Assembly: GCF_964355755.1 (NCBI RefSeq)
Contig: NC_092673.1
Span: 34,841,648-34,905,647 of the forward strand
Source of the DNA: Antedon mediterranea
Taxonomy: Eukaryota; Animalia; Echinodermata
Direction: 5' to 3'
DNA length: 64,000 nucleotides
Part shown: in pieces, positions 39,498 through 55,270 of the stretch
Position numbering within the stretch: the first letter of the stretch is position 1
Layout of the letters: every line of letters begins with the position of its first letter
Program-made: the position numbers and the translations under genes
The notes under the pieces: generated by a model
What the model was told of the DNA's origin: nothing
What the model saw: only the letters and a program-made list of their open reading frames with translations
Databases searched by the model: none

Positions 39498-39784
39498 GGG
39501 GTGATATAAAGATAAAGGTATGAGTATGTTTGTGTATATAGATATCACAACATGACAGGGCAATTACTGTACTTAGTATTGTCATATTGTACGGGGTGAC
39601 ATGAAGATAAAGGTATGAGTATGTCTGTTATATAGATATCACAACATGACAGGGCAATTACTGTACTTAGTATTGTCATATTGTACGGGGTGACATGAAG
39701 ATAAAGGTATGAGTATGTCTGTTATATAGATATCACAACATGACAGGGCAATTACTGTACTTAGTATTGTCATATTGTACGGGG
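39498..39784 (+). repeat. 94-95-bp tandem repeat x3 spanning an exon end and splice donor
   Basis: Units start at 39498, 39593 and 39687; each carries AAGATAAAG|GTATGAGT. Confidence 0.92.
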
Positions 39785-40363
39785 CGCCATACAAATGATA
39801 ACGTATCACACTGCACCCCATACATATAACATGTTTTCTACGGTCAAATAATGTATGTCCGTGTGTAGATATCTCAACTCCTGCAATTCTAGATTTTTTT
39901 CCGCCCGCTGCCAATATGCGTCTATTTGTGAACATCGTATGGTTATCTTATTTCGCAGCATGTTAGGCCTATATATTTGTATTTATTTCAGGGCAAAGGA
40001 AGCATGACAACATATTGGTTGTTCCGATCTGATGAAGAAATACTTAATTCTCCAGAAAATATATACGACGCACAGGATGACGTCAACAACAAAAATGTGA
40101 GAAAGTGGTTGCATATTTGGTTTTTTAATTTACTCATTCGGTCATTACTTTCTTTATTTAAAGTTAAACACGCATTTCCGCGAACAATCATAATAATTAT
40201 ATTAATGTCGTAGGCCTATTGTTTTATTATTCATTTGTTATTTTATAATATCCTTCTAGCTCTACAGTGTCAGAAGTAAGCAAGGACAGTCTTCTCAGCC
40301 CACCATCAAGAACAAACCCGGCGGCGAGCTTCTTTGAATCGCATTCCATACCAGAGTATCCAG

Positions 40364-40860
40364 AATCGATCAAATCAACACGCTCTATCCCGGGTTATAT
40401 TGTCGAAAATGACAGACAATCTCAGCTCTTAAACACAACGTAACAACCAAATCGATCAGCACACTTTACTCCTGGTTCTGTCGTTGAAAATGATAGGAAT
40501 GTTCAGCTTTTACACACAACGTAACAGCTAAATCGATCAGCACACTTTATTCCTGGTTCTGTCGTTGAAAATGATAGGAATGTTCAGCTTTTACACACAA
40601 CGTAACTAAATGGATCAGCACACTTTATTCCTGGTTCTGTCGTTGGAAATGATAGGAATGTTCAGCTTTTACACAACGTAACTAAATGGATCAGCACACT
40701 TTATTCCTGGTTCTGTCGTTGGAAATGATAGGAAGGTTCAGCTTTTACACAACGTAACAGCTAAATCGATCAGCACACACGGTATCTCTAGTTCTGTCGT
40801 AGAAAGGGTTATCTCTATTCCTATTTACAACGTAACAACTAACTCAACAAAATAATCACA
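40364..40860 (+). repeat. ~80-bp tandem repeat x~6 overlapping the probable stop codon and 3' UTR
   Basis: AATCGATCAGCACAC...GTCGTTGAAAATGA...ACAACGTAAC units; the first unit lies in the last coding exon. Confidence 0.85.
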
Positions 40861-41874
40861 CTCTAATCCCGATTCTGTTCTCTACTCCTTTCCTACATCT
40901 ACTAAATTGATAAAATCAGCCTCACGCTGTATGTATTCGATCCTGTTGTTGCGAATGATGATCAACTTGATAAACAACGTAACAACTAATATAAACAATG
41001 AAAACATTCACCAGTTTTCTACGCCATAGTAAACCTCTCAGAAGATTTGGCGAGTAAAGCACAGCAGACAAGTTGACTAACTCTTCAAGTTTAAAAATAC
41101 AAAGCTGAATCATAGCTTTGTGATGTGTTTGATGCACACTTGGTAGACGTAAAAGTTAAATAAATAAATTAAGGTATATTAACATACAGTTACCTGAACA
41201 AGTTTAACATATTAACATACAGTCACCTGAACAAGTCAAAAAGTTATGAGAAGATGCAAACAGGTACAGAATTCACACACTGTATTAAACAAACATAATT
41301 ATAGCAATAATTCAATTTACTCAAAAAAACCTCCAGAAATGGAGAGATACAGAACAACAAAATTACAAAACAAAAACGGAAACAATTCATGCTTAGAACG
41401 CCCTCAATAAGAGTTTCAGATAATAAATATGTTCATAATGTGTGAGGACTTTTTCGAGTACAGTTGTAAATAATATCATGAACCAAGAGGACACTAAAAT
41501 ATGGAAATAAATAAGTCCAGTAACACATCTGAATTATGACATTTTCTTTCTAACTATTTTCATAGGTTTTTAAAAACTGACGCAAAGTTTACTATTCGTT
41601 TGAAAACATGAGCGCTAATTTAGGGCCGTCTGAACGTCTCCGAATACCATCATTACTCCCGCATCGTTCACTAAACCATATCGAAATCATTGTTTTAAAT
41701 TAGTCAGAATATTCTTCTATAGCTTTTTTATTTCATTTCCTTCAGTTTATATTAGCTGTTGATGTAATGAGGAAACTACGACGATGTAAATTCGTGGGAT
41801 CCTTTCTGTCACAGTGCAAAAATGATAATTTGACCTAAAAATTGTGTACATACTAGTACAAGTTGCTTCATCGG

Positions 41875-45627
<3,753 letters not shown>

Positions 45628-46010
45628 GTCCCTCATAGTCGTATGAATAGAGGGAAATTGAGGCGAAGCAAAATTGCTTATAAATCTAATGTAAACTATG
45701 CTCATTCGTTGTTAAAGAAATATAGTATTATTGCCATTTGTATTAAAGAATAAAATAAAGTAGTATGTCATTGCCGATAGGTCTATTTCTTGTTGAAATA
45801 TTTTCCTATCCTATATCATTTATCCCATCCAATAGTTCATTATATATAAACCATAGGCCTACTGAACTTTTATTTCTATCTCTTGCATGGCTTAAAAAAT
45901 ATATGGATCATGTTAGTTCTCGTTGTGAGCGGACGTGTTCATATCGAGCTCCGCTAGGCTACCCATTGTGTGGATACTAGGCCAGTCAACGTAGGCATAC
46001 TGTAGTCTAC

Positions 46011-49000
46011 ATGATGTGTTCGACCGGGCTACGTGTGCCGCTACTTATTTTGAACTTATTTCTTGGCCTCTATTTTTCAAGTTTTAATATGGGATTTTCA
46101 TCCAGAAATCAATGGCTAAGGCCAGTCGATGGATACTCTGAGCCGGTAAGCTGCAACATTCCTAGCATCGTTGTATGTAAATGTTGGAATTTGTATCTAT
46201 GCGGTCAAAGCAGTACGACTACGAGTGTTGTTGCATTCCAACGTAGCAGCAGACCGTCAAGGAAGATCTACAGCGCACCACGTTTGCTCTATTCTAATTC
46301 CACTGTTACATTCTGTATTCTTTTAAGTGGCGATGTTGAATCGAATCCAGGTCCAGGTAATACTCAGACATCTTCAGTTAAGGTATACTATCAAAACGTA
46401 CGTAGCCTGAAGAATAAAATGGACGTATACAACTCAGATCTGAATGCACACCTAATTCAGAGCAATTTGGATATTGTTGCACTTACGGAAACATGGTTAA
46501 ACTGCAACGTGCTCGATTCTGAACTTTCCGTTTCTAATTACACTTTATTTCGACGCGATAGAGATACTGATAAACGCGGTGGTGGTATCCTGATGCTAGT
46601 GAATAACAAATTTACCTGTAACCGAGTGGAACGCCTAGAAAGTGATTCAACGGAGTTCATGTGGATAGAGATTCAGCTAAAGCGGCGTATTAGCCTACTT
46701 GTTGGATTATTCTATAGACCACCAAACGCTACACCCGATGTCCTCCGTCGTTTTACTTCGTCTGTGGAAATCGCTATGCTCTACTACAAAAACAGTGAAT
46801 TCCTCATTCTTGGAGATTTCAACCTGCCCGAAATTAATTGGAGTAGCAACCCTTATTCTGCTCCAGCTCAGTCCATGGGAGAACACTTACTTGATGTATT
46901 GCTTTCTAGCTGTGGCCTATTTCAATGCAATACGTACTGTACAAGAATGGATAAAATGCTTGATCTTGTTATTTGTAGTAAAAACATTTCCGACAAAGTC
47001 TATACTGCTAACGATATTTTTTTATCTGACCACTCATCTTTGAGAATTGATTTCCGTTTAAATTTTGATGTTAAATGTAGTAATGATAATTTGAATCGTA
47101 AAAGTATAATTTACAATTTTAAAGCACTTGATGTCAATAATCTATGTAATACTCTTAACTGTGTTCCATGGAGTGTCTTAATTGATTTTGAAGGTGATTT
47201 AAATGAAGCTTTGGATATGTTTTATAATTTGTTAAATGCTGCCGTCAATGACACAGTGCCTAAAATTAGAAAGCGCAGAAAGCTTCCTCCGTGGTTTGAC
47301 AATGAGTTGAGAAGTGCGCTTCAACTCAAAGAAAAGTATTATAGATATCTGAAAAAAAATAATAATCGGTTAGCCCAAAGTAATTTCAAATTTGCTCGCG
47401 CGTCTTTTAAAAAAATGTGCAATAAAAAGTACAAAGATTACTTGGACTCTTTGGCTAAGCAAATTGTCACTAACAGTAAAAGATTCTGGAGCTGGATGAA
47501 AACTAAATACAAGTCAAATAATCTTCCTTCTGTCATGAGTCACGATAACATTTCATTCCAGTCTAATTATGATAAAGCTACCACATTTAATTCTTATTTT
47601 CATTCTTTTTTCAGTGAGCCTTCTCCGGACGTTCCCCGAGACTATCCAGGTCTTCCTGACTATGCGGTGGATAACTTAAGTTCTCTGTCTGTGAATCAGC
47701 ATTCTGTGGAAAAGGCACTTAGTAACATTGATATCAATAAAGCTACTGGCATTGATCAGATTAGTAACGTTGTCTTAAAGGGTGCCTCCTCCTCACTCTC
47801 TTATCCGCTTTGCAAATTGTTTCAGCTATCTATTAATTCTGGGGTTTTTCCTTCATCTTGGAAACACGCTAATATTGTCCCAATTCACAAGAGTGGTCCC
47901 AAAAAACTAATCTGTAACTATCGTCCTATTTCGTTATTGCCTACTATGTCTAAGATTTTTGAGCGCATTGTGCATGATGGTTTGTCATCACATGTTGCTA
48001 ATGCTTTAAGTCCTAGGCAGCATGGTTTTGTCTCTGGGAGATCATGTCAAACCAACCTCGCACTGCTTCTTGCTACATCATACGATGCAATTAACAGCAA
48101 GAAGCAGTGCGATGTGATTTACACTGATTTCTCTAAGGCTTTTGATTCCGTTTCCCATGATTTGCTTATTTTTAAACTTTCAAAATTTGGTTTATCCGGT
48201 TCACTGTTAAGTTGGTTTAAAAGCTATTTAACTAATAGACAACAGCGTGTTGTCATTGGGGGAGAGACATCTGATTGGCTCCCTGTGTTATCGGGCGTTC
48301 CGCAGGGCTCGATCCTGGGCCCGCTTTTGTTTAATTTATTTATCAACGATCTTCCTTTAAAATTTAATCATTCCGAGTCTCTTTTATTTGCTGACGATCT
48401 GAAATTGAATGGACGGAGAAGTGGGGGATAAAACTTAATGCTAATAAATGCAAATATTTATCTATAACACTTAAAAAAAGGCCTGTGCTCTTCAATTATA
48501 ATCTGAGTGGACATGATCTTGAGATGGTTTATGTATGGAAAGATTTAGGTATTTTTATTGATAGTAAATTAAATTTTTGTTCACATATTAATCATGTGTT
48601 GTCAAAAGCTAATAGAATGATGGGCTTAATATGGAGAAATTGTAGGTTTATGAACGACGGCAGGGCACTTTTATCTTTATACAAATCTATTATACGTCCT
48701 CACCTTGAATATTGTTCCGCAATTTTCAATTCAATTTCTCCATGTCAGGCCCGTCGAATCGACACTGTTCAACGGAAGTTTGTTCGATTCCTGTCTTATA
48801 ACTGTGTTAATTTTGCCTTTTCCATTGATTCTGTCAGCAATCGTCGAACGATATCTGATATGGTTTTTTTATATAATATTTTAAATTCTAAATATGACTG
48901 TTCATTAATTTCACTATTTAGTTTAAATGTTCCTGGTCGTACACGAAATAGACATTTATTGCATATTCCTTTTAGCCGTGTCGACTGTACTAAGAGGGGA

Positions 49001-49123
49001 CTTTTTCATAGACTACCTTATACATTTAATAATCTAAATAGCAATCATATCGATATTTTTAATGATAGACTTGGTTATTTTAAGAGGACGATGATGTGTT
49101 CACTTCTTGAACAGTCTGCATAA
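46011..49123 (+). pseudogene. CR1 ORF2 (leader, 2A-like motif, APE, RT), broken by a deletion/frameshift after FADDLK
   Basis: 806-aa ORF 46011-48431; continuation EWTEKWGIKLNANKC...KDLGIFIDSKLNF in another frame from ~48407 to 49123. Confidence 0.9.
46332..46355 (+). other. 2A-like ribosome stop-go motif DVESNPGP
   Basis: ILLSGDVESNPGP in frame, immediately upstream of the APE domain; matches D(V/I)ExNPGP. Confidence 0.85.
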
Positions 49124-49595
49124 CCTGTTTTAATTGAAATTATTTATGGCATGCCAATCTATGTTTTATATATATATATATATATTTTATCTGTATTTTT
49201 TTGTTAACCGTTTTTGATGTTGTATTGTTTTATGTTTCAAACCTGTTAGTGGCGGTATTTATCGCTGTTGGTTTTGATTGAATAAAATAAAAAATAAAAT
49301 AAAAAATAAAAATAAAAAATACGGAAATAATATTACAGGTTTATTTTGCACTTATTTTAAACTGTTTCTGTTTTAGAACAAGTCCTTGTTTTGTTTTTAA
49401 ACAATGATTCAATTCTTGCATACCTGGAAACAGGTATTAAATGATGGAAACACAAGCATTAACAACTTTGTCCAATCATGATTCAGCTACGATGTCAGAC
49501 AGAAAATAACAACTTAGAACCAGTTTGAGGCATTCATTAAGGAGTGGCTTGTTGCATGTCAAGCAACACATTTTCAGCAACTTATAAAGATTTAT

Positions 49596-49724
49596 GCTGT
49601 ACATCAATATACCTGATTGAGCCTTCTTTGCATGTGAATGGTAACCTTAGTGCAACTTATCAAGATGTACGCTGTACATCAAGATACCCGAGCCTTCTTT
49701 GCATGTGAATGGTAACCTTAGTGC
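49596..49724 (+). repeat. ~75-bp direct repeat x2
   Basis: GCTGTACATCAA...GAGCCTTCTTTGCATGTGAATGGTAACCTTAGTGC occurs twice. Confidence 0.8.
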
Positions 49725-52700
49725 TACAAGTAACAACATCTGCATCAATACGTTGTAAGTAGATATTGTTGTGTATACTATTTTAAAGAAGTTGATTGTA
49801 ATTGTGTTTCACGTATAATTGTAAGTTTGCGTTGTATTAATTTGACAACTGTATAGGCAAAGAAAGCCAATGCAAATATAAAAAAGCGATCAGATTTATC
49901 AAATTTTACTTAGAAAAAAGCGCATCTAATTTTGTCGATGATTCTGTTTGTCAGTTTACTATTGGTAATCCTTAAACACATGTGCCTAAGACATAAACAA
50001 ACACATTTTTTTTTTTTGGTTATCATTCCTAGATGTCAAAGTCCATTCTTAAAGTAAAAAGTACTTGCTTGATAAAACAAAGACTAAGTTTTTCACTTAA
50101 GCGCTGCTTATCTGGCAAGAAATATTTATTAATGCTAACCCAGTACTATATATTTTATATTTATGATGTCACAAGAAATACTTTATTTCATTTTAATTCT
50201 TCACATACAAAAGTTAATCAAATAACAAGAACATACTGTAGTAATGTTTAAAAACATTTAAAAAACATTAGGAGCGTAGGTAAATGTCAAAATAGTAAGA
50301 GTAAATACATGTTGAGTTGTTATAGTTGAGAAAAAATTACAAAGGCAGACTTTTATGCCTTAAAGCAAACAAAACAAAACAGAAAACGGTGAAAAAAAAC
50401 CATAAAAAAATTAATAAATGTAATGTAATATGTTTTAGGATCCTTCTGAATTTGAGTCAATAAGATTTTTTAGCATAAAAAACAACTGGAACCACAAATA
50501 ATTTTACCCAACTGCTTTACTAGTTTTAATATAAAAGACATTTTTATTTATAATAATTCATAGTAATAATAACAATAGTTATATATTATGTTATTATTTT
50601 TTCTATTTCCTTTGTATGACTGTACTACTGGTAATTTTTGTCCTTGTCATTTTGATGTGATTTGGGCCTTTATATTTTTATATGGTTGCAAATTCATTAA
50701 CAAAATCTATCGCAGTTCAGTTTTACTGGGAAGATGATTTTAATAAATATACCACAAACCCATTTTATAATACACCTATTACGTATCACATGCCATGCAT
50801 TATTTGGATCCTTCCTCAATTTGGATGGAGTACAGTACATTATATGTTGCATATGTTTATGTAAACATTGTGCAACATTAGGCTGGGGTGTTAAATGCAT
50901 TCCAATTCTGAACAGGATTGTTTTTCAATTTCACGAGCGCGTTATGCATAAGTCAGGTTAATTCAACACCAAGCGATGGTGCCAAAGAGGCATCCCGGAC
51001 GCGTTTTGATTTTATCTGTTGGTGCATGTTTTTTTTATGACACCAAAAGAGTGCCACAACTTCCATGCTTTTCAACATTTATAACATTTTGGCATGCATG
51101 CATGGAGAATTAGGGATATATTTGAAATTAGGCCTATCATTGTCTATTTTATCTACAATTTACGAAACTATCCTTCTTTTTTAAATGTTATATACTGCAT
51201 TTATTTGACTATTGAATTTGAATTGAATTTTTCATTAGGGTTTTTAGCGGGGCGTTTATATTCGAGGAAGGCGTTTATTTTTTGGGTGTAATGTGGTAAC
51301 ATGTATAACAAAATAAGTACCCCTAGATATAAGAAAATACAACACAATTAATATCTAGGCCTAGACTTGATCAAATACAGTAAAAATACTTGTTAAATTG
51401 TAGATCATATCAATCAATGAATACTACAAATAGAAATGTAGTATATATGCATGCGGCAAGACGTTTATTCAAAATGATGGAAGGGGTGGGGAGGTGGCGT
51501 TTATTTGAGGGAGGTATTCATGTATAGTGGTCACTGATGAGTGCGGATAAGACACCATATTCACTTATTAGCTCTGATTTTAAGGTAAAAATAAGATCAA
51601 TCATGGTTTTGGACGAATTTGTGATACGTGTTGGATCGTTAATTAGCTGCGTCATTTGAAATGCTCATTAAAGTGAATCACTATCATTTACTGAACTTAT
51701 TAGTAGACTAGGCCTATACTATGTAATTGAATATTGTCATTACTATACGATACAGAAATACTAAATGTACATAATTATATAATACTAGTAACGTATTAAG
51801 AGTGTAAAAACCAGCCGGCTATTTAAATATGTCCAAGTTTTTGCACTTTATAAACATTCAACTGTGGTACTACTCAGGTCAACGATGTACAAAACAGGAA
51901 GACGTTTACCACCGATTTGTTGCAATAAAGTAGTTCCTTGTTACATAATTTTTCAAAGAACAACTGAATGAGCTCTTTGTTTGTTCATGGTATCTCTTAA
52001 CTTAATGCGCTTTGTACGTAAGTTGAAAGATGCCAATAAATACTGCATTCAATCGTTTTTCTATTTTTGCATTTAGAAAATTAATTTATTATACAGAAAA
52101 ATATATATATATACATATTCTCCTCCCTACCATATGCCTTAATACAGTGTAAATTGTAGCCAACATACCAAGTCTACAAGTAAAAATCAGGCCTATTTTC
52201 CATCCCAATATAGCCAGACATTTTCAAAGTATACAGTGTAATTTCCGACGACCTAGCAGCTCTATTTTTTAAAATCCCCCCCCCCCCTTAGCCCCAACCA
52301 TGGTTGTGCTGAGATACAACTCACAAATTTTGTCTAATTCAAAGTAGAAGTGCAACTTTCGGTGACCTATTGTTGCACCCACTGACGGACCCTAGGGCTA
52401 TGTGATGCATTTTCGGGACCTGTTTTTGCACCCACTGACGGACCCTAGGGCTCTGTGATGCGGCTAGCGCCGCCCCTGGACCCCCTAGACAGCCCCAACC
52501 AATGAATACTAGGTTCGCGCGCATGATGAACACTTTGTTCCTGGTATCTCTTAACTTAAGGAACAGAATACGTTGGTTTACTTGTAAAATCAATGTTATT
52601 TGTTCTTCTTTATAGTAATCTATTTGGCTAAATATAAAATCTGGAAAAAAAGAAGAAGAAAAGAAATGTTTCTTTTTTAATTTTCTACTAAAGATCTATC

Positions 52701-53527
52701 AAGTTATTTTAAAATATCATGAACAATAAACAAAGCATTCGTTCATAGTTGTTTTCATTGTTATTTGATTTAATATGAAACCAATTCAAACTGATTCCTA
52801 GAAAACTGAGGCTTGGCTTCCTGTTTTTTACATTGTTGATCTCCATATCAAAGTTGAATGTTTGCTTTTATTTCAAAGTACAAACAATTTGATAAAGCAA
52901 AAAAAAAAAATATTGTATTGGCCACTCCTGACCAACTCTGACTTGACCGTTCTCAGTAAACTGGAAACAATTTAGATTACAGTAGGTCCTTTACTGACCC
53001 ATTGCCTACCAAGATAGTATATAGTACTAGATAAGATAAATAAACAAAACAACTTATAGTACCACTTTATTAAAAATAAACCAGTCTGCTATTATTATAT
53101 TTATTATGATTATTATGATTTTGATGATATTTTTTTTGCACTTAGTATAGTAAGCATTCAACTCGGGTTCTTTTCAGGTCAACGATGTAAAAAACAGGAA
53201 GCCATTACCACCGATTTGTTGCAATAAAGTAGTTCCTTGTTAAATTATTTGTTCATTGTATCTCTTAACCTAATAGGCCTTGTACGGTTGGGATGGTTCA
53301 AATGTAGTACATGTTCAGTATCCCTGATCTTTAAATATCACCATATATTTTAAAATGTATTTTAAAATGTATCTTCCCAGTAGAATATGTTGACCCATCA
53401 TTCCCAACCCACAAACTCTCAGTGGTAGCTTTCAAATTCAAAATGCAAGTTTTCATTTTAGTATCCCATATACAGTATATGGTTACGTGCAATAACAAAA
53501 AAATGGTATAAAGAACAAACATCCTAA

Positions 53528-53665
53528 AGCTCTGTCTACACTATCAAACATTATGTGTCAACAAATGTGATGTGCCCAAATATGGTAGTGCTAATGCATC
53601 AATATGGTAGTGATATGGGCACATCGCATTTTTGACACACAAAGTTTGATAGTGTAGACTAGGCT
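53528..53665. mobile_element. PIF/Harbinger-type MITE
   Basis: TIRs AGCTCTGTCTACACTATCAAAC / GTTTGATAGTGTAGACTAGGCT, flanked by TAA on both sides. Confidence 0.8.
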
Positions 53666-53717
53666 TAAGTGGGGAATTTTGGCAGATAAATTAAATCCAA
53701 GGTGGTGGATTATATTG

Positions 53718-53965
53718 AAACGTCATACAATTTTGGTCACTTTGATACCCCATGTGTATGGATGCGTGCAAGCAATACAAACGTCATACAATTTTGGTCA
53801 CTTTGATACCCCATGTGTATGGATGCGTGCAAGCAATACAAACGTCATACAATTTTGGTCACTTTGATACCCCATGTGTATGGATGCGTGCAAGCAATAC
53901 AAACGTCATACAATTTTGGTCACTTTGATACCCCATGTGTATGGATGCGTGCAAGCAATACAAAC
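53718..53965 (+). repeat. 61-bp tandem repeat x4, identical units
   Basis: AAACGTCATACAATTTTGGTCACTTTGATACCCCATGTGTATGGATGCGTGCAAGCAATAC at 53718, 53779, 53840 and 53901. Confidence 0.95.
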
Positions 53966-54576
53966 ATTTGTAAAACAAAAAAACGTACAAACTCTTTCTC
54001 TTTTATAATATATAAACATGTTGCAATATAATTATCAAAGTTTTTGCACTTTGAAACAAAAGCAAACATTCAACTTTGGTATGGAGATCAACGATGAAAA
54101 AACAGGAAGCCAAGCCTCAGTTTTCTGGGAATCAGTTTGAATTGGTTTAATATTATATGTAATTCTTTATTCACCAAAGGCAAAACGGTATAAACAATTA
54201 GCTTTTGCTAGTCAATGGTTTACACCTGATTAACAAATATATTAAATCAAATAACAAATCAAATAACAAATGTAAACAACTATGAATGTGTGTTTATTGT
54301 TCATGATATCTTTTAACTTAATAGATCTTTAAAAAAAACTTAAGAAAAAAGATTTTTTTTTTAATTTCACAATTAGCAAAATAGATTACTTGAGAAGAAG
54401 AAATGATAACATTTATTTTACTGTGAACCAACTCATTCTTCTCTTTAACAACTGGAATAAAGTGTTGGCAAGGCCAAAGGTTTCTAAGCAAAATACAAGC
54501 AAATAATTTGGGAGGATTTCAATTTCAGACTTGAAAAATTTGTTACATGCAAAAACATTTTTTTAAAAATAAATTA

Positions 54577-55055
54577 CGAAAGCCCATTAATGCCATTTAA
54601 TGCCATTAATGCCGTTTTTCGAACTAATTCGTTTGAATGGATTAATAATCTGTTCAAACGAATTAGTAATCCGTTCAAACGAATTGCAGCATATACAACA
54701 AGTGGCACTTGTCAAGTGCCATTTAAAGTATATGTTGTAATTCGTTTGAACGGATTACGAATTACTAATTCGTTTGAACAAATTAGTAATCCGTTTAAGC
54801 AAATATTAATAATCCGTTTGAACAGATTATTAATCTGTTTAAACAAATTAGTAATTTGTTTGAACAAATTAGTAACCCGTTCAAACGAATTACAACATAT
54901 ACTTTAAATGGCACTTGTTGTATATGCTGCAATTCGTTTGAACGGATTATTAATTCGTTTGAACATATTATTAATCCGTTCAAACAAATTAGTAATTCGT
55001 TAGAACGGATTACGTTAAAAAAACATATACTTAAAATGGCATTAATGGGCTTTCG
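54577..55055. mobile_element. TA-flanked MITE/foldback element with internal repeat arrays
   Basis: TIRs CGAAAGCCCATTAATGCCATTT / AAATGGCATTAATGGGCTTTCG; many internal TTCGTTTGAACGGATTA motifs in both orientations. Confidence 0.85.
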
Positions 55056-55190
55056 TAATAAATTGTTACCATACCACCCAAATATTAGGTTTCATGGCTA
55101 GAAATGTCATACTTCAATTTGCATATACTTTATATTATTATTTTCCTATCAAATCAGAGGATGATATTTTTTAAACAATTTTCTTCACAG

Positions 55191-55270
55191 AATAAATACG
55201 ATTGAATATAAAGAAGTTAGTTGTGAAGTTAAACATCTACAGTAGTTGAACAACATGGCATCTACCAAAG
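55191..55270 (+). other. Putative first coding exon (5' UTR, then MASTK, phase-1 donor) at the satellite origin
   Basis: Acceptor TTTTCTTCACAG ending at 55190; no upstream ATG in the exon; AACATGG context; CAAAG|GTATGA donor. Confidence 0.45.

Larger units (their letters stand above)
36846..40443 (+). pseudogene. Receptor (membrane) guanylyl cyclase, 3' eight exons, with a +1 frameshift
   Basis: Exons 36846-36992 (WAAPKLL...KGDIYSLAIILYEI), 37301-37508 (PPFRP...WEELPEDRP), 37766-37907 (extra A near 37805; LDEKKKTDELLYRMLP), 38225-38417 ([12 protein letters not shown]...DVYK), 38796-38970 (VETIGDAYMVASGLP), 39327-39517 ([27 protein letters not shown]), 39992-~40100 (GKGSMTTYWL), ~40260-40443; GT-AG introns; the last junction is uncertain. 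Confidence 0.9.
45915..49320 (+). mobile_element. CR1-group LINE, near-complete ORF2, with (AAAAT)n tail
   Basis: APE endonuclease (YYQNVRSL, ALTETWL, RGGG, YRPP, GDFN, LDLV, SDH), RT (NYRPISLL, QHGF, DFSKAFD, GVPQGSILGPLLF, FADD), C-terminal RPHLEYCS; tail at 49281-49320; 5' boundary approximate. Confidence 0.93.
52545..54440. repeat. Pair of diverged ~350-400-bp repeats in inverted orientation (52545-52885 and 54045-54440)
   Basis: AAACCAATTCAAACTGATTCC.AGAAAACTGAGGCTTGGCTTCCTGTTTTTT versus its reverse complement at 54099-54148; related partial copies near 51836-52000 and 53135-53270. Confidence 0.75.
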
